A stretch of DNA of 63,093 nt, counting the filler, from Thraustochytrium aureum (Eukaryota), in assembly GCA_012862495.1 (NCBI GenBank). It is 4 parts of 2 records of this genome, joined end to end, with 100 filler letters (N's around TTAATTAATTAA, not from the genome) between each part and the next. Parts side by side here need not be neighbours in the genome. Positions count along the whole stretch, not along the records: positions 12,252 to 40,165 come from BLSG01000170.1; 3 more parts are not named here. One strand, given 5' to 3'. The notes below the pieces were generated by a model. It was not told the origin of the DNA and searched no databases. It saw only the letters and a list, made by a program, of their open reading frames with translations. Position numbers and translations under genes: made by a program. Positions within the stretch are counted from its first letter, which is position 1. The number at the start of each line of letters is the position of its first letter. This document shows, in pieces, positions 20,549 to 32,910 of the stretch.

Positions 20549-23500
20549 CTAGATACAACCTGTTGGAGATGGCCGCCACGACAAACGACTGCTTGACAAC
20601 TTCAAGGGGGAGGGCGAGCTCCTCGGCAAGCGTCGCAACCTTCGCCCTGTCGAGCGTGATTGCAAAAGGGTCCGGCCCTGCGCCACCCGCGGCCTCGTCG
20701 CCGCTCCCGCCCCTCGCGCGAGGCGCAGAGTCACCGGGCCCGCTGAGACACGCACGGATCTTCGGGTCAGCCCTCGCTCTAGCCATGAGCGAGAAGGAAA
20801 TGTCCTGAAGCACCCTGCGCGCAGATTCGGCAGTCTGCACGAGCTGGGCGTCGATCTCAAACCCACTGACATCGTCAAAGCCGCGAATCCAGTCGTGATG
20901 CAGCAGCTCCTCCGCCGTCGGACGCTCACTAGGATCCAGGCGCAGGCCTTGCGCGAGGAAATCACGATACTCCTTGGAGAACGTGACAACCTCGCCCTGG
21001 CCTCGCGCGTCTGTCCTCAGAGCGGACCGGAACAAGACGCTCTCGGGAAGCTCGAGTGGCTCGCCCGTGCGCCAGCGCTCGAGGAGCTTCCAGTACACGG
21101 CAGAGCCCTGGTTGGCATCCGACTCGCCACCGGAGGAGGCCGCGCTGAAGGAGCGCGCGCGAGCCCCCGGCGCGTTCGGTCCGTCTTCCTTTGCGACGGG
21201 CTTGCAGATCAGCTCGTCCGGATAGTGACCCAGCGTGACCGCCATCATGGAGAGAGCGAACGAGAAGATGTCGCAGGGATAGCTGTACTGCTCCCCGCGC
21301 AGGCGTTCTGGGCTCATGTACTTCATCGTGCCCACAAAGGTGGACGCAAAGTGGTGGCCCGCCTCCTCCAGCTGGCGCGCAAGACCAAAGTCGGCAAGCT
21401 TCACCTGCCCCTTGCTACTGATCAGGATGTTGGCAGGCTTGATGTCCAGGTGCAGCATGTTGTGCGTGTGCAGGTACGCAAGAGCGCGGAGCACGCTCCG
21501 CGCAATCAGAGCAAGCGTCCGCTCAAAGCAAACGCCCGTGGAAACGACGAGGCCGCCCGATGACGCAAACGCCTCTCGCTGCGGTGCAGCCGCGCCCCGA
21601 CCCATCCGTGGCTGCCCCTGCACAGAGCCAAGGCTTTCGGGCTCGCGTGGAGCACGCGCAACGTCTTCGCGCGCATTGGCTGAGATGCTAGGAGCATCCT
21701 CGCTCGACTGACGCTGGCGCATGCGCGAGANNNNNNNNNNNNNNNNNNNNNNNNNNNNNNNNNNNNNNNNNNNNNNNNNNNNNNNNNNNNNNNNNNNNNN
21801 NNNNNNNNNNNNNNNNNNNNNNNNNNNNNNNNNNNNNNNNNNNNNNNNNNNNNNNNNNNNNNNNNNNNNNNNNNNNNNNNNNNNNNNNNNNNNNNNNNNN
21901 NNNNNNNNNNNNNNNNNNNNNNNNNNNNNNNNNNNNNNNNNNNNNNNNNNNNNNNNNNNNNNNNNNNNNNNNNNNNNNNNNNNNNNNNNNNNNNNNCCCA
22001 GGGCATGCTGGTGCGGGCTTGACACCTTGACGGCCTCGGGAAGAGCGCTGGGACAAGCAACGGGCGTCGAGTCTGCTTGAACGGCTTCCGCAACGCGCAG
22101 CCGGTTCAGCAAGTCTTGCAGCGACCCACCATCAAAGTACTCCATCACCAGACAAACCGACTGCGAGTCCGGGTCAAGGTACGCCTCGTGCAGCCAGACG
22201 ATATGCGGGCATGGCGCCTGGCCGTCGGTGAGCGCGGCCAACGTCGACTTTTGACCGAGCGAGCCGAGCTTGCGGTACAGCGCGTTGAGTTCGCGAACAG
22301 CCTGGTGGCGCGAGCTCCGGTCAGTGAAGCGGATCTCCTTGACAGCGACCAGCTTAAACGTGGGCAGATGCAGCGCGGCGTAGACGGAGCCGCTCACCCC
22401 CTTGCCCAGGTCGCCAAAGCGAAACAGAGTGTCCTTGACCGGCACGCCACCCGCAACGACGGCGGGAACGCCAGGTCGCAGCGCGGTGGAGCTGGACTTG
22501 CGCGGCGTCACAGGGACCGACGTATCGCTCGAGTCGTCCCCGTCGGCGTCCAACTCGATGGACGAAGACGAGGACCGCGACGTCGGCTCTTCGTCCTCCA
22601 GGCCGCCCTCGGTAATCTTGAAACCCTGCATTTGCAAGACGTTGTTGGCGAACATGAAGGTTTGAGCCGAGGTCGCGAGCGCGTTGAGCGGGTTCGAGGC
22701 GTCGGACGGCGTGGCCATGGCACCGGCCTGCCTCGCTGCTGCGTCGATCTCGACAAAGCGCAGAGACATGGGAGCCAGCGCCGGCATCTCGAGCTGCAGC
22801 CCAGACGAGCTCCCGGCACCGCTGATGTCAAGTTCGAGCCCTTGACCGGGGTAGGCGCTGCCTGGAGGGAGGCGCCTTTGGGGGTTTACCGGCCGGCGGC
22901 TTGTGTGCAAAAACGCGAGCCCCGAGACCGAGTGCAGCGGGTTGGCATAGCCGGAGGCGGGCTGAGCGATGAGCTCCACTACGGCGACCTTGCTGCGCAC
23001 CTCGCCGGTCCCCAGTAGCTGCACGTCCGCGGCATGGCGATCCGGGAAGATGGCGAGGACGGTGGCCGGGAGGTAGCGGCGGGCCTGGTAGTCCCAGACA
23101 CCAACGCTGTCGCCAACGTTGAATGCAGAGACCGGTCGGCTGAGCATTTTGCTCCCGACGACGCGCTTGCCGATACACGAGTCGAGCGCCATGATGACGG
23201 CCGGGAACGCGGGTCGGTCCTCGGGGTCTTCGGCCCAGCAGCATCGCACCAACTCGACCAGCGCGGGGTCTACCTTGATGGCTGGATCAACGGGGGGCGG
23301 TGCTTGTTGTTGCGAACCTCAAAGAAGAGGCGCGCCACCGTCCAAGACCGAGGGTGCGGTTGGCGTTGGTACAGGATCTGCCAGAGCACCAGCCCATAGC
23401 TGTACACGTCGATCTTCTTGTCGATGTGCTTTGCTTCGAGCAAGATCTCTGGCGCCATATACGCCGGGGTCCCACATGGGGCGCTCTCTACCTTTTGGTT

Positions 23501-26500
23501 TGGCCCATGGGAAAACTTGGCGATGCCGAGGTCGCAGATCTTGGCGTTGCCGGCCGGGTCCAGCAGCACGTTCTCCGGCTTGATGTCGAAGTGGATCATC
23601 TTGTTCTCGTGGATGTAGGCGCACCCGCTTGCGATCTGGCGCGCGATGGAAAGCTTGCGCTCCAAGGTGAACTCCTTGAACGAGAGGTTCTGGCTCTTGG
23701 AGGTCTTGAGAATAAGGTCCAGCAAGCTGCACGCTGCCAGCTCCATGACCACGAGGAATCGCCACCCTCCGGTGTCGTTGCTGTGCGCCTCCGTGCAACC
23801 GTACAGCTGGATGATGTTTGGGTGACGGAGCCGACGGAGGTTTTTCACCTCGTTCAAGATTTCCTCCGGCGGTGTTTCGCGCACAAGGGAGCGGCTGCTC
23901 GATGTCGAGCCGCCGGTCAGCGTGATTGGCTGCCTCTGCTCCTCGCTCTGCAGCCCATGCAAGCTCCTGTCCTCCAACGTGCCTGGGCCTACCCTGCCCA
24001 CGGCGTTAGCTATCGCCAGCTGCTGCATGAGCGACTGCACGCCGACACCGCCATCAAGACCGTCGGGCCCCAGGTCGTTGCTTCCAGATCGCAGCAGAGC
24101 GGACCCACGGCGGTTGCCTCGATAGGTTGCCGAGCCAAGTACTGGCGTTCCTGCAGCGCTAGAGGCGCTCGCGACCCCCACAGAATTTTGAGAGCCCGCA
24201 GCGACAGACGAGGTTGCGCTCATCGATGTCGTCGTGGACGACCCTGTGAACGCGCTGATCGTCGAGTCAACGGAAGGGGCAGAGCTCTTGTGCTTGAGAA
24301 GGCGAGCGCGATGGGCACTGCTGGCCGAACCGATCGACGGGCTCGCACCATGGAGCGCTCCTTTGACAGAGGCGTCGTCGTTTGCAGCTCCGCCGGGCTG
24401 GCCGTTCGCTCCTGGGAGCGGCTGCGCATTAGCCGCGACGCCTATGACAGGTGGGACTGCTACAATGGCGACGCCGGCGGCGGCCGAAGCAGGCTGCTTT
24501 AGGGCTGCGACGGGCAGCGCCTCGGAGCCAGCCGGAACTGCTTCCGACGGCAGCGGGTTTTCGTGCCTCGGCGTGAGCGAGCTCGTTCCTGGCGCGAGCC
24601 CGCCCAACGCTAGATGGGGGACACTCGGCTTTGGCGCTGCGGGGCCCGCAATAGACGAGGCGCCAGAGGACCCCGAACGGTACGTTCCGCTGCTCGCGTA
24701 CCTGTTGGGGCCAGGATTTGCGGCGCGGCGCCGCGCTGCAGCGTCGAGCGGGCGAGGAAACAGCTCCTTGACGGCCACATCCGAGCCGCAGTAGGTAGCC
24801 TTGAAGATCCGACCGTTGGCGCCGAGGCCGATGACAGGCCCAAGGATGAGCTGGTTGAGCTCGATCTGGAGGCCGCTGATCCCGGCGGACGCGCTGTCAG
24901 ACGAGCCGCCCGTCGAGTGCCGCGAAAGGTAGTTGCGGCTGCTCGNNNNNNNNNNNNNNNNNNNNNNNNNNNNNNNNNNNNNNNNNNNNNNNNNNNNNNN
25001 NNNNNNNNNNNNNNNNCGTTTCCAGAACCTTGAAGCCCTTGTCCGAGGCCCGCTCCGTCGCTGCGGCGGCGCGGTCTCCGCCAGAGGGCTTTGCGGACGA
25101 GAAAACCGAGTGCTTGCCAGAAACCGTCCCCACTTCGCGGTCCGATTTGTCGCGGCGCCAATAGGCGATTCCTGCGACGACAACAAGCAGCGCTACCCCC
25201 AAGGAGGGCGCCCACGACGACTGTCGTGCTGTTTTCTTCGATTTGGCTTCCCTTCGTCGACGCCGTCGGCGCCGCCGTCGGAGCGTCATTCCGCGGGACG
25301 AGCGACTCGATATTCGGGCAAGGAAACTCGTTCGCCCCGTCGATCGCCTCGATATTTCGTGTCGGGATCACCGTGGAGGAGAACCGAAAGAGCGACTCGA
25401 ACCAAATCGTCTCGTTGTCGGCGATCTCGTCGAATTCGGCGTCCACCCTGCCACGCGCAAGGGCCATCCAGGCATCCGGGACCCACCCGGGGTACAGCAC
25501 ATAGGTTTCGTTGATGGCCGGAATTTTCGCTGTGTACAGTGGGCCGTCCTCAAACTGGAACAGATACCGGAGGTATTCATACGTCGTAACCTGCGCTGCC
25601 GAAGGAGCCGCTACGGGGGCCGCTACGGGAGCCGCTACGGGCGCAGCAGAAGGAGAGGCGACGGGGAGCGCGACCGGGCTGGGCAACAAGGAGGGCACCG
25701 CAGTGGGCTGAGGCGAATTCGTCGCGTTCCCAGTCGCGACCCCTGGCGTCGGCGCAGCGCTCGGGCTAACCGCTTGGGTCGGTTGGGGCACAGGGCCGGA
25801 GGGCGGCAGTGCCTGCAGCTGGCGTCGCACCTGTCCGGCGCTCGACGTAGGCGGACGCGCGAGGCTTGGCGGCTCGACGGGCGACGGTGTCGTTCGGCCT
25901 GGCTCGACTATCGCTGACGGCGCTGGAACGGGGGCCAGCGAGGGACGCGGCGAGGGCCGAATCGTCGTCGGCATAGCGGTTGGCGGAGTGGACGGCGGCT
26001 TGGCGTGGATTGTGAGCTGCGAGTTTACGACGAGCTCAAACGTGACGAGGCACACGTGGCGTATGTGCTGCTTGCCAAGGTCGGCCGAGAGGTCGATGTA
26101 GCGGCCGTCGCTGCCCAAGGTGACGCAGTCCGACACGTTGACGAAGGGCACGAGTTCGCTGCCGTCCAGGTCAAACTTTTTGTTCTTGATGTCCAGGTCG
26201 GAGGGCCATTGCTGGGCCATGAGCCCCAACATGACGCACCGAAACCCTTTTGTCACAACTGCTGAAGGCTCAGGCTCGAAGCTGAATCCCATCAGCACTG
26301 CGCCAGATATTGAAGCATAGCGACCAACGGTGGGCGAGGCTGTAGGCGACGGCGTGGGCGCCGGCGTCGGCCTTTGTGTCGTGGGCGAGACCGTCGGCGA
26401 GCGCGTCGGCAGCATGGTTGGCGCCGTTGGGGCGAGCGTAGGAACGATGGGGACGACTGGCGAGGGAGTGGGCGAAGTGGTCGGCACCGGCTCCGCTGTG

Positions 26501-27166
26501 ACCTCCGAGTGAAGGTACTCGCTAGTGCAAGGCCCGCCACGCGTGATTTGCTCCTTGCCGTCCACCACGAGTACCTCCGTGGCGCACCAGCCTTCGAAAG
26601 TGGGCTCGTCCAACGCGTCACTGAGCGCCTTGGTGAGCTTCGCCCACGGGTTGTTGCGCGGCGGCTTTTGGCACGCGTTGAACGCGTCAACTACGACCTT
26701 GTTCCTGTATGTGAACGGCACGGCGCAGTTGACGGGCTCGGAGGACTCCTCGAGGAGCATGTCGGTCAGTCCCTTTTCGCTCCTAAAGGTGGTCGTCCAC
26801 AGCTGACGTACCCCGGTTTGCGTTGCGCGCACTGACAGGGATTTAGCCCCCGCCGTTGGCAAGCTCTGCGCGAGCGCGGGCCCCATCACGTCCTCGCCAA
26901 GCCCGCCAAGAGCCGGGACGTGCGAGCGGCGTTCGCACTTGCAATAGAGCCAATACAGGCTGTACCGCTCGGAAGACCTGTTGTAGCTCTGAAAGGCGGG
27001 ACACCAAAGGTCGATGTCCGCCGCGAACGTCTTGTTCGGCTCCGCGCCAGCCGGAACAAACCCGTTCTTTTTTGATGCGCAAGACCCTTGCGGGAAGCGC
27101 TGCACGCCGAGGCAATTCTTTCCTTGGCAGGAGGGCTCCCACGTCCACTCGTTTTCCGCATAGCAG
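20549..27166 (-). CDS. Single-pass receptor with tandem TKL and MAP2K-like kinase domains (5' end in gap; frameshifts near 25198 and 23295; internal gaps; 3' end approximate)
   Basis: Ectodomain is Cys-rich then P/T-rich. TM TTVVVGALLGVALLVVVAGIAYWRR appears after removing one G from a G5 run. TKL: IGLGANGRIF..VAVKE, HPNIIQLYG, HFDIKPENVLL, ICDLG, GTPAYMAPE, CWAEDPEDRP. Second kinase: LGKGVSGSV..VAVKE, HLDIKPANIL, DFG, TFVGTMKYMSPERL. Confidence 0.85.
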
Positions 27167-27489
27167 NNNNNNNNNNNNNNNNNNNNNNNNNNNNNNNNNN
27201 NNNNNNNNNNNNNNNNNNNNNNNNNNNNNNNNNNNNNNNNNNNNNNNNNNNNNNNNNNNNNNNNNNNNNNNNNNNNNNNNNNNNNNNNNNNNNNNNNNNN
27301 NNNNNNNNNNNNNNNNNNNNNNNNNNNNNNNNNNNNNNNNNNNNNNNNNNNNNNNNNNNNNNNNNNNNNNNNNNNNNNNNNNNNNNNNNNNNNNNNNNNN
27401 NNNNNNNNNNNNNNNNNNNNNNNNNNNNNNNNNNNNNNNNNNNNNNNNNNNNNNNNNNNNNNNNNNNNNNNNNNNNNNNNNNNNNNNNG

Positions 27490-28110
27490 TCGCTTCCTGC
27501 GCACTCGCGCGCTGCCCCGCCTGCTTCGCCCCTGCTTCGCTCCTGCTTCGCGTCCTGCTTCGCGTCCTGCCCGCGCCGCCTCCCGCTTCGCGTCCTGCCC
27601 GCCTGCTTGCCTTCTGCTTGCCTCCTGCTTGCTTCTGCCTCTCCGCGCGGCTGCTCCCTCCCTCTCTGCCTCTCTCTCTCTGTCCCTGTCGCCCATTCTC
27701 TGACTCTCTTTCCCTTTCTTCAGGCTTCCCTTTCTGACTGTCTCCCTTTCTGTCTCTCTTTCCCTTTCTTCAAGCTTCCCTTTCTGGCTGTCTCCCTTTC
27801 TGCCTTCCCTTCTTGTCTGCCTCTCTTTCGGTTGTCTCGCTTTCTGACTGTCTCCCTTCAGGCTTCCCTTTCTGCCTTCCCTTCTTGTCTGCCTCTCTTT
27901 CGGTTGTCTCGCTTTCTGCCCTCCCTTTCTGGGGCCGCCCTTGTTTGGCTCTCTTTGGGTGGCCTGTCTCTCTATCGGCTGTTGTCTCTCTTTCGGCTGT
28001 TGTCTCTCTTTGGGTGGTTGCCTCTCTCGGTGGCCCTTCTGAACTGAGCGAACTGACTCTGCGTCTGTTTTTGAGTCTGTCTCCTGCCTGTCTCGCTGGC
28101 GCCTCTCTCT
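27490..28110. repeat. Polypyrimidine (CT-rich) low-complexity tract with a 72-bp internal duplication
   Basis: Plus strand is strongly C/T-rich. CCCTTTCTGCCTTCCCTTCTTGTCTGCCTCTCTTTCGGTTGTCTCGCTTTCTG occurs at 27794 and 27866. Confidence 0.85.
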
Positions 28111-28835
28111 CTCAGGCTGGGGCTGGTTTGCAATTTGCAAATGCGGCGCGGCCCCTCCCTGCGGCGTTTGCGCCTCCCTGCGTCGGCCTCCCTCCCTGCG
28201 CAGCAGCAGCGCGTTCAAGTTTCGCAGCTGCCTACTTGGCGCAGAGCAGAACCGGAACAGACTGAATGCGCCCGCGCGCCTCCCTGCCCCTGCCACGCCT
28301 TTGCGTCCAAGTTCAAAATTCAATTCAAGTATCGATTGAATTGAGCGTATTGCTTCACGCGCTCGTGAGGGAGCTGCTCCGCGGGTTTCCCAGACGCCCT
28401 CCATCGCGTTGGCGTTTTTACTCTCTTGAGGCCTTTTCGTTCGCAAAGCAGATCTGTCCTCCTTGAAGGCTTGGCAGACGTTGACCACTTTTTTCACTTT
28501 TTTGAGAGCGGTTGGGCGGACCAAGTCGGGCGGGCGATTATTCTCCACCTTCCTCCTCTCCTTCCTTCAAGCGAACCCTCAGAACAGACGAGAGGGCGCG
28601 TTTTTTTCTGTTCTGAATGCACTCTGAGGACGGGAAATGCACTCACACAAGAGGACGAAACGCTGAGGGCTCACTTGGGGCTCACTCCTTTTCCTTTTTT
28701 CTTCATCAAAAAAGCACCTTTTTTCCGCCCCGAATTTGGCGCATTCGGTAACGGTCCTTCACGAAAAGGAGCAGTTCTTTGTACTCGTCCCCCTCAGGCG
28801 TGCACGACTTGTCTGCGACGAGAGATCAGAACAGA

Positions 28836-30118
28836 TCAGAAGGAGAGCTCGCGGGCGAAGTCTGTGCGCGCGACCTGGCTGCCGAAGACCACCGACGGCA
28901 ACAGTCGCATAAAGCGGTGCAAAATGTAGCCCGTGAGACCCCAAATGACGTGCTCGCTTGGAGCGCCGCGCTGACGAAACACCGGAGGGCTGTACTCGCG
29001 AACAACCCAGTTGTCCTGGTCGAGCAGCGCCTCCACGGTCACGGTGAACGAAGAGCGAACCTCGCCCGGGTTGGGGTCCAGCTTGAGCTGCTCAAAGTTG
29101 CCCAGGTACCCGACAATCGGGGTGACCGCCACGCCGGTGATGGAAGTGACCTCGCTCCAGTCGCAGCGCAACACGCCGAGAACGTCCACCACGTCCGGGT
29201 GGATGCCCACCTCTTCGTGCAGTTCACGCAGACCCGCGTCAACGATGCTCGGGTCAGAGTCGTCCACCATGCCGCCAGGAAAGCAGACCTCGCCCTTGTG
29301 CCTGTTCACATTATGCGAGCGCTCTGTGAACAGAATGGACGGCTCGCCTTTGACGTGGCAGAGCGGGAGGATCACGCTGGCCCGCTTGCGCGCCCGGCTC
29401 GAGATCTCGCGCGGCAGTCGGTTCAGCCGCTTTTTCAGCCGTGCGAGCACCTTGGGGCTGAACAGGCCCCCCTCAGCCTGCCGCGGCAAAACGTAGTCGC
29501 CACTGTCAAGGGGCGGCGTAGCGGTGCTCGAGTCAGCCCGGCGCTCCGGCCCCGCGTGGCCGCCGCCCTCGATGCCGTCCAGCTCGGGGGGCCGCTCCGG
29601 GCTGAACCCGCGGTGCGATGAAGGCAGCACGGCAAAGGGTGCCAGCAGGTCGCGCAGCTCGCTAATCGCTTGTGCGCTTGGAGGCTTGGCCTCCGCTCCT
29701 TCGGCGCAGAGGCGCGCAGCGCACTCTGCCAGAATCTCCTCGCGGTCTCGCAACGCGCGAGCAAGCGCAGGCGCCGTGTAGTGGTGCACCAGCGCCTCCA
29801 GGTCCTGGCTTTTACGCCCCGAAACAGAGTACCCGCGGTACCCCGAGTCGTCGCGCCTGTCGAGCCACTTGAGCAGCCGCTCGACCGTTTCCTTGCTTCG
29901 CGCCTTGGCTGAACCGGCGACAGCCTGCCCGAGGCCGCGCCAGTCAGCGGCTTGGCAGCCGCCTCAGCACTCGCGCCTTCTCCGCCGCCTGCCTGCGCTG
30001 CGCTGCTGCCGCTTGCCAAGTGGCGCCGCCACGGGCCGCCGCTGACGCACCGATTCTCCCGGCAAGCGCCGCTCGCGAGCGAGACCAGCCCGCCAACGCG
30101 CCGCCGCCAACGCATCAT
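28836..30118 (-). CDS. Nudix CoA pyrophosphatase (NUDT8/PCD1-like) with N-terminal extension; at least one frameshift in the 5' part
   Basis: RASVILPLC...LFTERSHNVNRHKGEVCFPGG..D....AGLRELHEEVG (NuCoA motif plus Nudix box), VTPIVG, IWGLTGYIL. Arg-rich transit-like start MMRWRRR. Confidence 0.88.
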
Positions 30119-30743
30119 CTACGCGCGGCGACTCGCGCCTGCGTCCCTCCGAGCCCTCCCCGCGATCGCGCCTGCTCGCCGGGGCCAAGGGCCTGCCTTG
30201 GCTGCCTCGGGCGCCGACCTGTCTCGATGGACCGAACGCGGTTTGCACTGTCTGTCGCTCGCTCGCTCGACCCTGACGCGAGCCGACCTCGAGCGTATTG
30301 CCAGCGCGTTGCCAGCGCATTGCCAGCGTATTGCCGCAAGGCGCGGGGCGAAGGCGGCGCTGGGCGATCGATGTCGATGTCGCGCTGCGGCCAGGCGCTT
30401 GGGTCCGGTCTGAAGCTGCCTCGCCCTGGCCGAGGCTGCGCGCGACCTGAACGGGTCGGGCCTCGACTTGTTGGCGCAAGTGGAGGCGAGCTGCGTGTGG
30501 CAGCGCAAGGCTCTCGCCGGCTGGCGCAGATCGGGTGGACCGCGCCGAGCCGGCAATCAACCATCCATGCGCTAGAAACGCGAACGCGGTGGGGTCCTTG
30601 CTGCGAACCTGCGCGACCGCGCCCTCGGGCAGGTCGTTCAGCCCAGCCTTGCACGCAGCGCTTCGCCTGCACGCCGGGACGCGAGCGCCTGGACGACACC
30701 GCAGCAGGGCGCAAGGTCCGCAGCCCACAGAGAGCTGCGTTGC

Positions 30744-30779
<36 letters not shown>

Positions 30780-31253
30780 GGCAGCAGCGGACAGGCACGT
30801 TCCGCACGGCGAACAGCAGTTCCTTGGCGTGCGTATGTGTGGGACAAACAAACACCAGCAAGTGCAAGTCCCATTGAGCTCCAGGCGGTGGGCCCCGCGT
30901 CAGCCCAGGCGAGACAGCCCTCGGCGCACTCGCGCTCAAAGGAGGGCCGGTCCGCGGAGACTCGTGTGGAGCCGAGCACGGCGCGGCGTGCGGTCAAGGT
31001 TTCCTTCCACTGCTGAGGGTTGCGGAGGATCGATTGCAAGGGTTGTACTCCAGCCAGAAGGGAGACTCCACACAGCAGTCCCAAGCGCCACTCGGTCCAG
31101 CCAGCCAGCCAGCGAGCCTGCCTGCTTGCTTGCCTGTCTGTCCTTCTGCCCGCCTGCCTGCCTGCCTGCCTGCCTGTTTGCCCGCCCGCGCGCAGTCGCG
31201 CTGCAACGCACGCGCACCCTGCGGGGTGTCGCGCAGCTCGCGGAAATTAGAGA

Positions 31254-32295
31254 ATGGAGGGGGCTCGGGGCTCCCAAGGGGCGGGAGCCCTGCCGTGGTG
31301 GCGCTCATCGCGCTAGCGGTCGCTGGCCTCGGCGCTTGGGTGAGCTGGAAGCGAGCTCGCGGCCGGCGCACCGACATGGCTGGGGGCGGAGGCCAGGCCA
31401 AGAAACCGACGGCGCCCCACCGCACGGCATTCTCTCACTGGAGGAGCTGCAGCGGCTCGATAAAGGCTTGCCATCTGGCGCAGGCGTACTTCGAGCAAAG
31501 CTGCTCGAGCACAGCCGCAACGAGCTTGTGGACATCCTCTTGGTCTGCTCTTACGTTGGCCTTCGCAACGTCTTGGTGGAGGTGTTGCCCATGCTAAAGG
31601 CGGACAAGGCGCGCCCCCCGGGCGACGCGGTCGAGACGCGCCAAGGACGGAGCAGCTCGGCTACAAACGCTTTTCTAATCGCGGCGAGGCAAGGCCAGCT
31701 AGACATTGTCGAGACCCTCCTGAGCATGGACTGCGTGGACGTCAACGCGCGAAACTCCCACGGCAACTCTGCGCTAATTCTTGCCGCCTTTGCGGGCCAC
31801 CTCGCTATCGTCAAGCTTCTCGTTTCCCGGGCCGTGGACCCGAACATCGTCAATCGCTTCCAGGCCACCGCGCTGGCGTGCGCTTGCGAGCGCGGCTTTG
31901 TCGAGATTGTTCAAGTGCTCTTGCAGCGGGGCGATGTGAACCCTAGCGTCAGCAACCAACTGGCCCTCCGCAAGGCGCTTCAGTTCAAGCACCACGGCAT
32001 TGTCCTTCGCGTTCTGCAGGCTTCTGCGCTGGCAGTGCTGCCCCCGCCAGCGCCCCCCCTGGCGATTGACGACCACCTTCTTGCAGAGCTTCATGCAACG
32101 GCTGTTGGCACGGCGCGGCAGTGTGCAGGCCTCATGCGCTCGGATTGGCTTGCGCCGCTCCCTGTGCACCTTCGAGCGTACGTTGTTTCGATGGCGTTCG
32201 GCAACTCGGTCATCTTGGTCGGGCCCGCGCGCTCGTGTATGTGGCGGATCTCCAAGGTCCTGCTGGACGTCTGCGGGCCGGTCGGGCATGCATGA
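31254..32295 (+). CDS. Ankyrin-repeat protein, probably with an N-terminal membrane anchor (frameshifted 5' end)
   Basis: AFLIAARQGQLDIVETLL..VDVNARNSHGNSALILAAFAGHLAIVKLLV..TALACACERGFVEIVQVLL. Hydrophobic PAVVALIALAVAGLGAWVSW lies in the adjacent frame. Confidence 0.82.
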
Positions 32296-32910
32296 TTGGT
32301 CCTCTCGCTGGCTCGCTCTCTAGCTTTTGTAGAGAGCCCTCTATCACGTCTTGTAGAGAGATAGCGCAGCGCGAGCTCTGCTAGCACGCGTTTTGGGAAA
32401 TGATCAAGAAGGCGAGTGTTCCGTGGCGCGGCGGCAAAGCAGCAAGGTTTGTATATGTATGCGTCGCTTTGCGACGGCCGCGCGTGCTCGCCGAGGCTTT
32501 GACGGCGCGTGCCCCCAGTATGACTACGTACTCCTCCNNNNNNNNNNNNNNNNNNNNNNNNNNNNNNNNNNNNNNNNNNNNNNNNNNNNNNNNNNNNNNN
32601 NNNNNNNNNNNNNNNNNNNNNNNNNNNNNNNNNNNNNNNNNNNNNNNNNNNNNNNNNNNNNNNNNNNNNNNNNNNNNNNNNNNNNNNNNNNNNNNNNNNN
32701 NNNNNNNNNNNNNNNNNNNNNNNNNNNNNNNNNNNNNNNNNNNNNNNNNNNNNNNNNNNNNNNNNNNNNNNNNNNNNNNNNNNNNNNNNNNNNNNNNNNN
32801 NNNNNNNNNNNNNNNNNNNNNNNNNNNNNNNNNNNNNNNNNNNNNNNNNNNNNNNNNNNNNNNNNNNNNNNNNNNNNNNNNNNNNNNNNNNNNNNNNNNN
32901 NNNNNNNNNN

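Noticed and set aside
27489..28548. R/E/K-rich N-terminus of ORF 24610-28548
   Set aside because: It is the translation of a GA-rich low-complexity tract joined through a gap, and it has no signal peptide.
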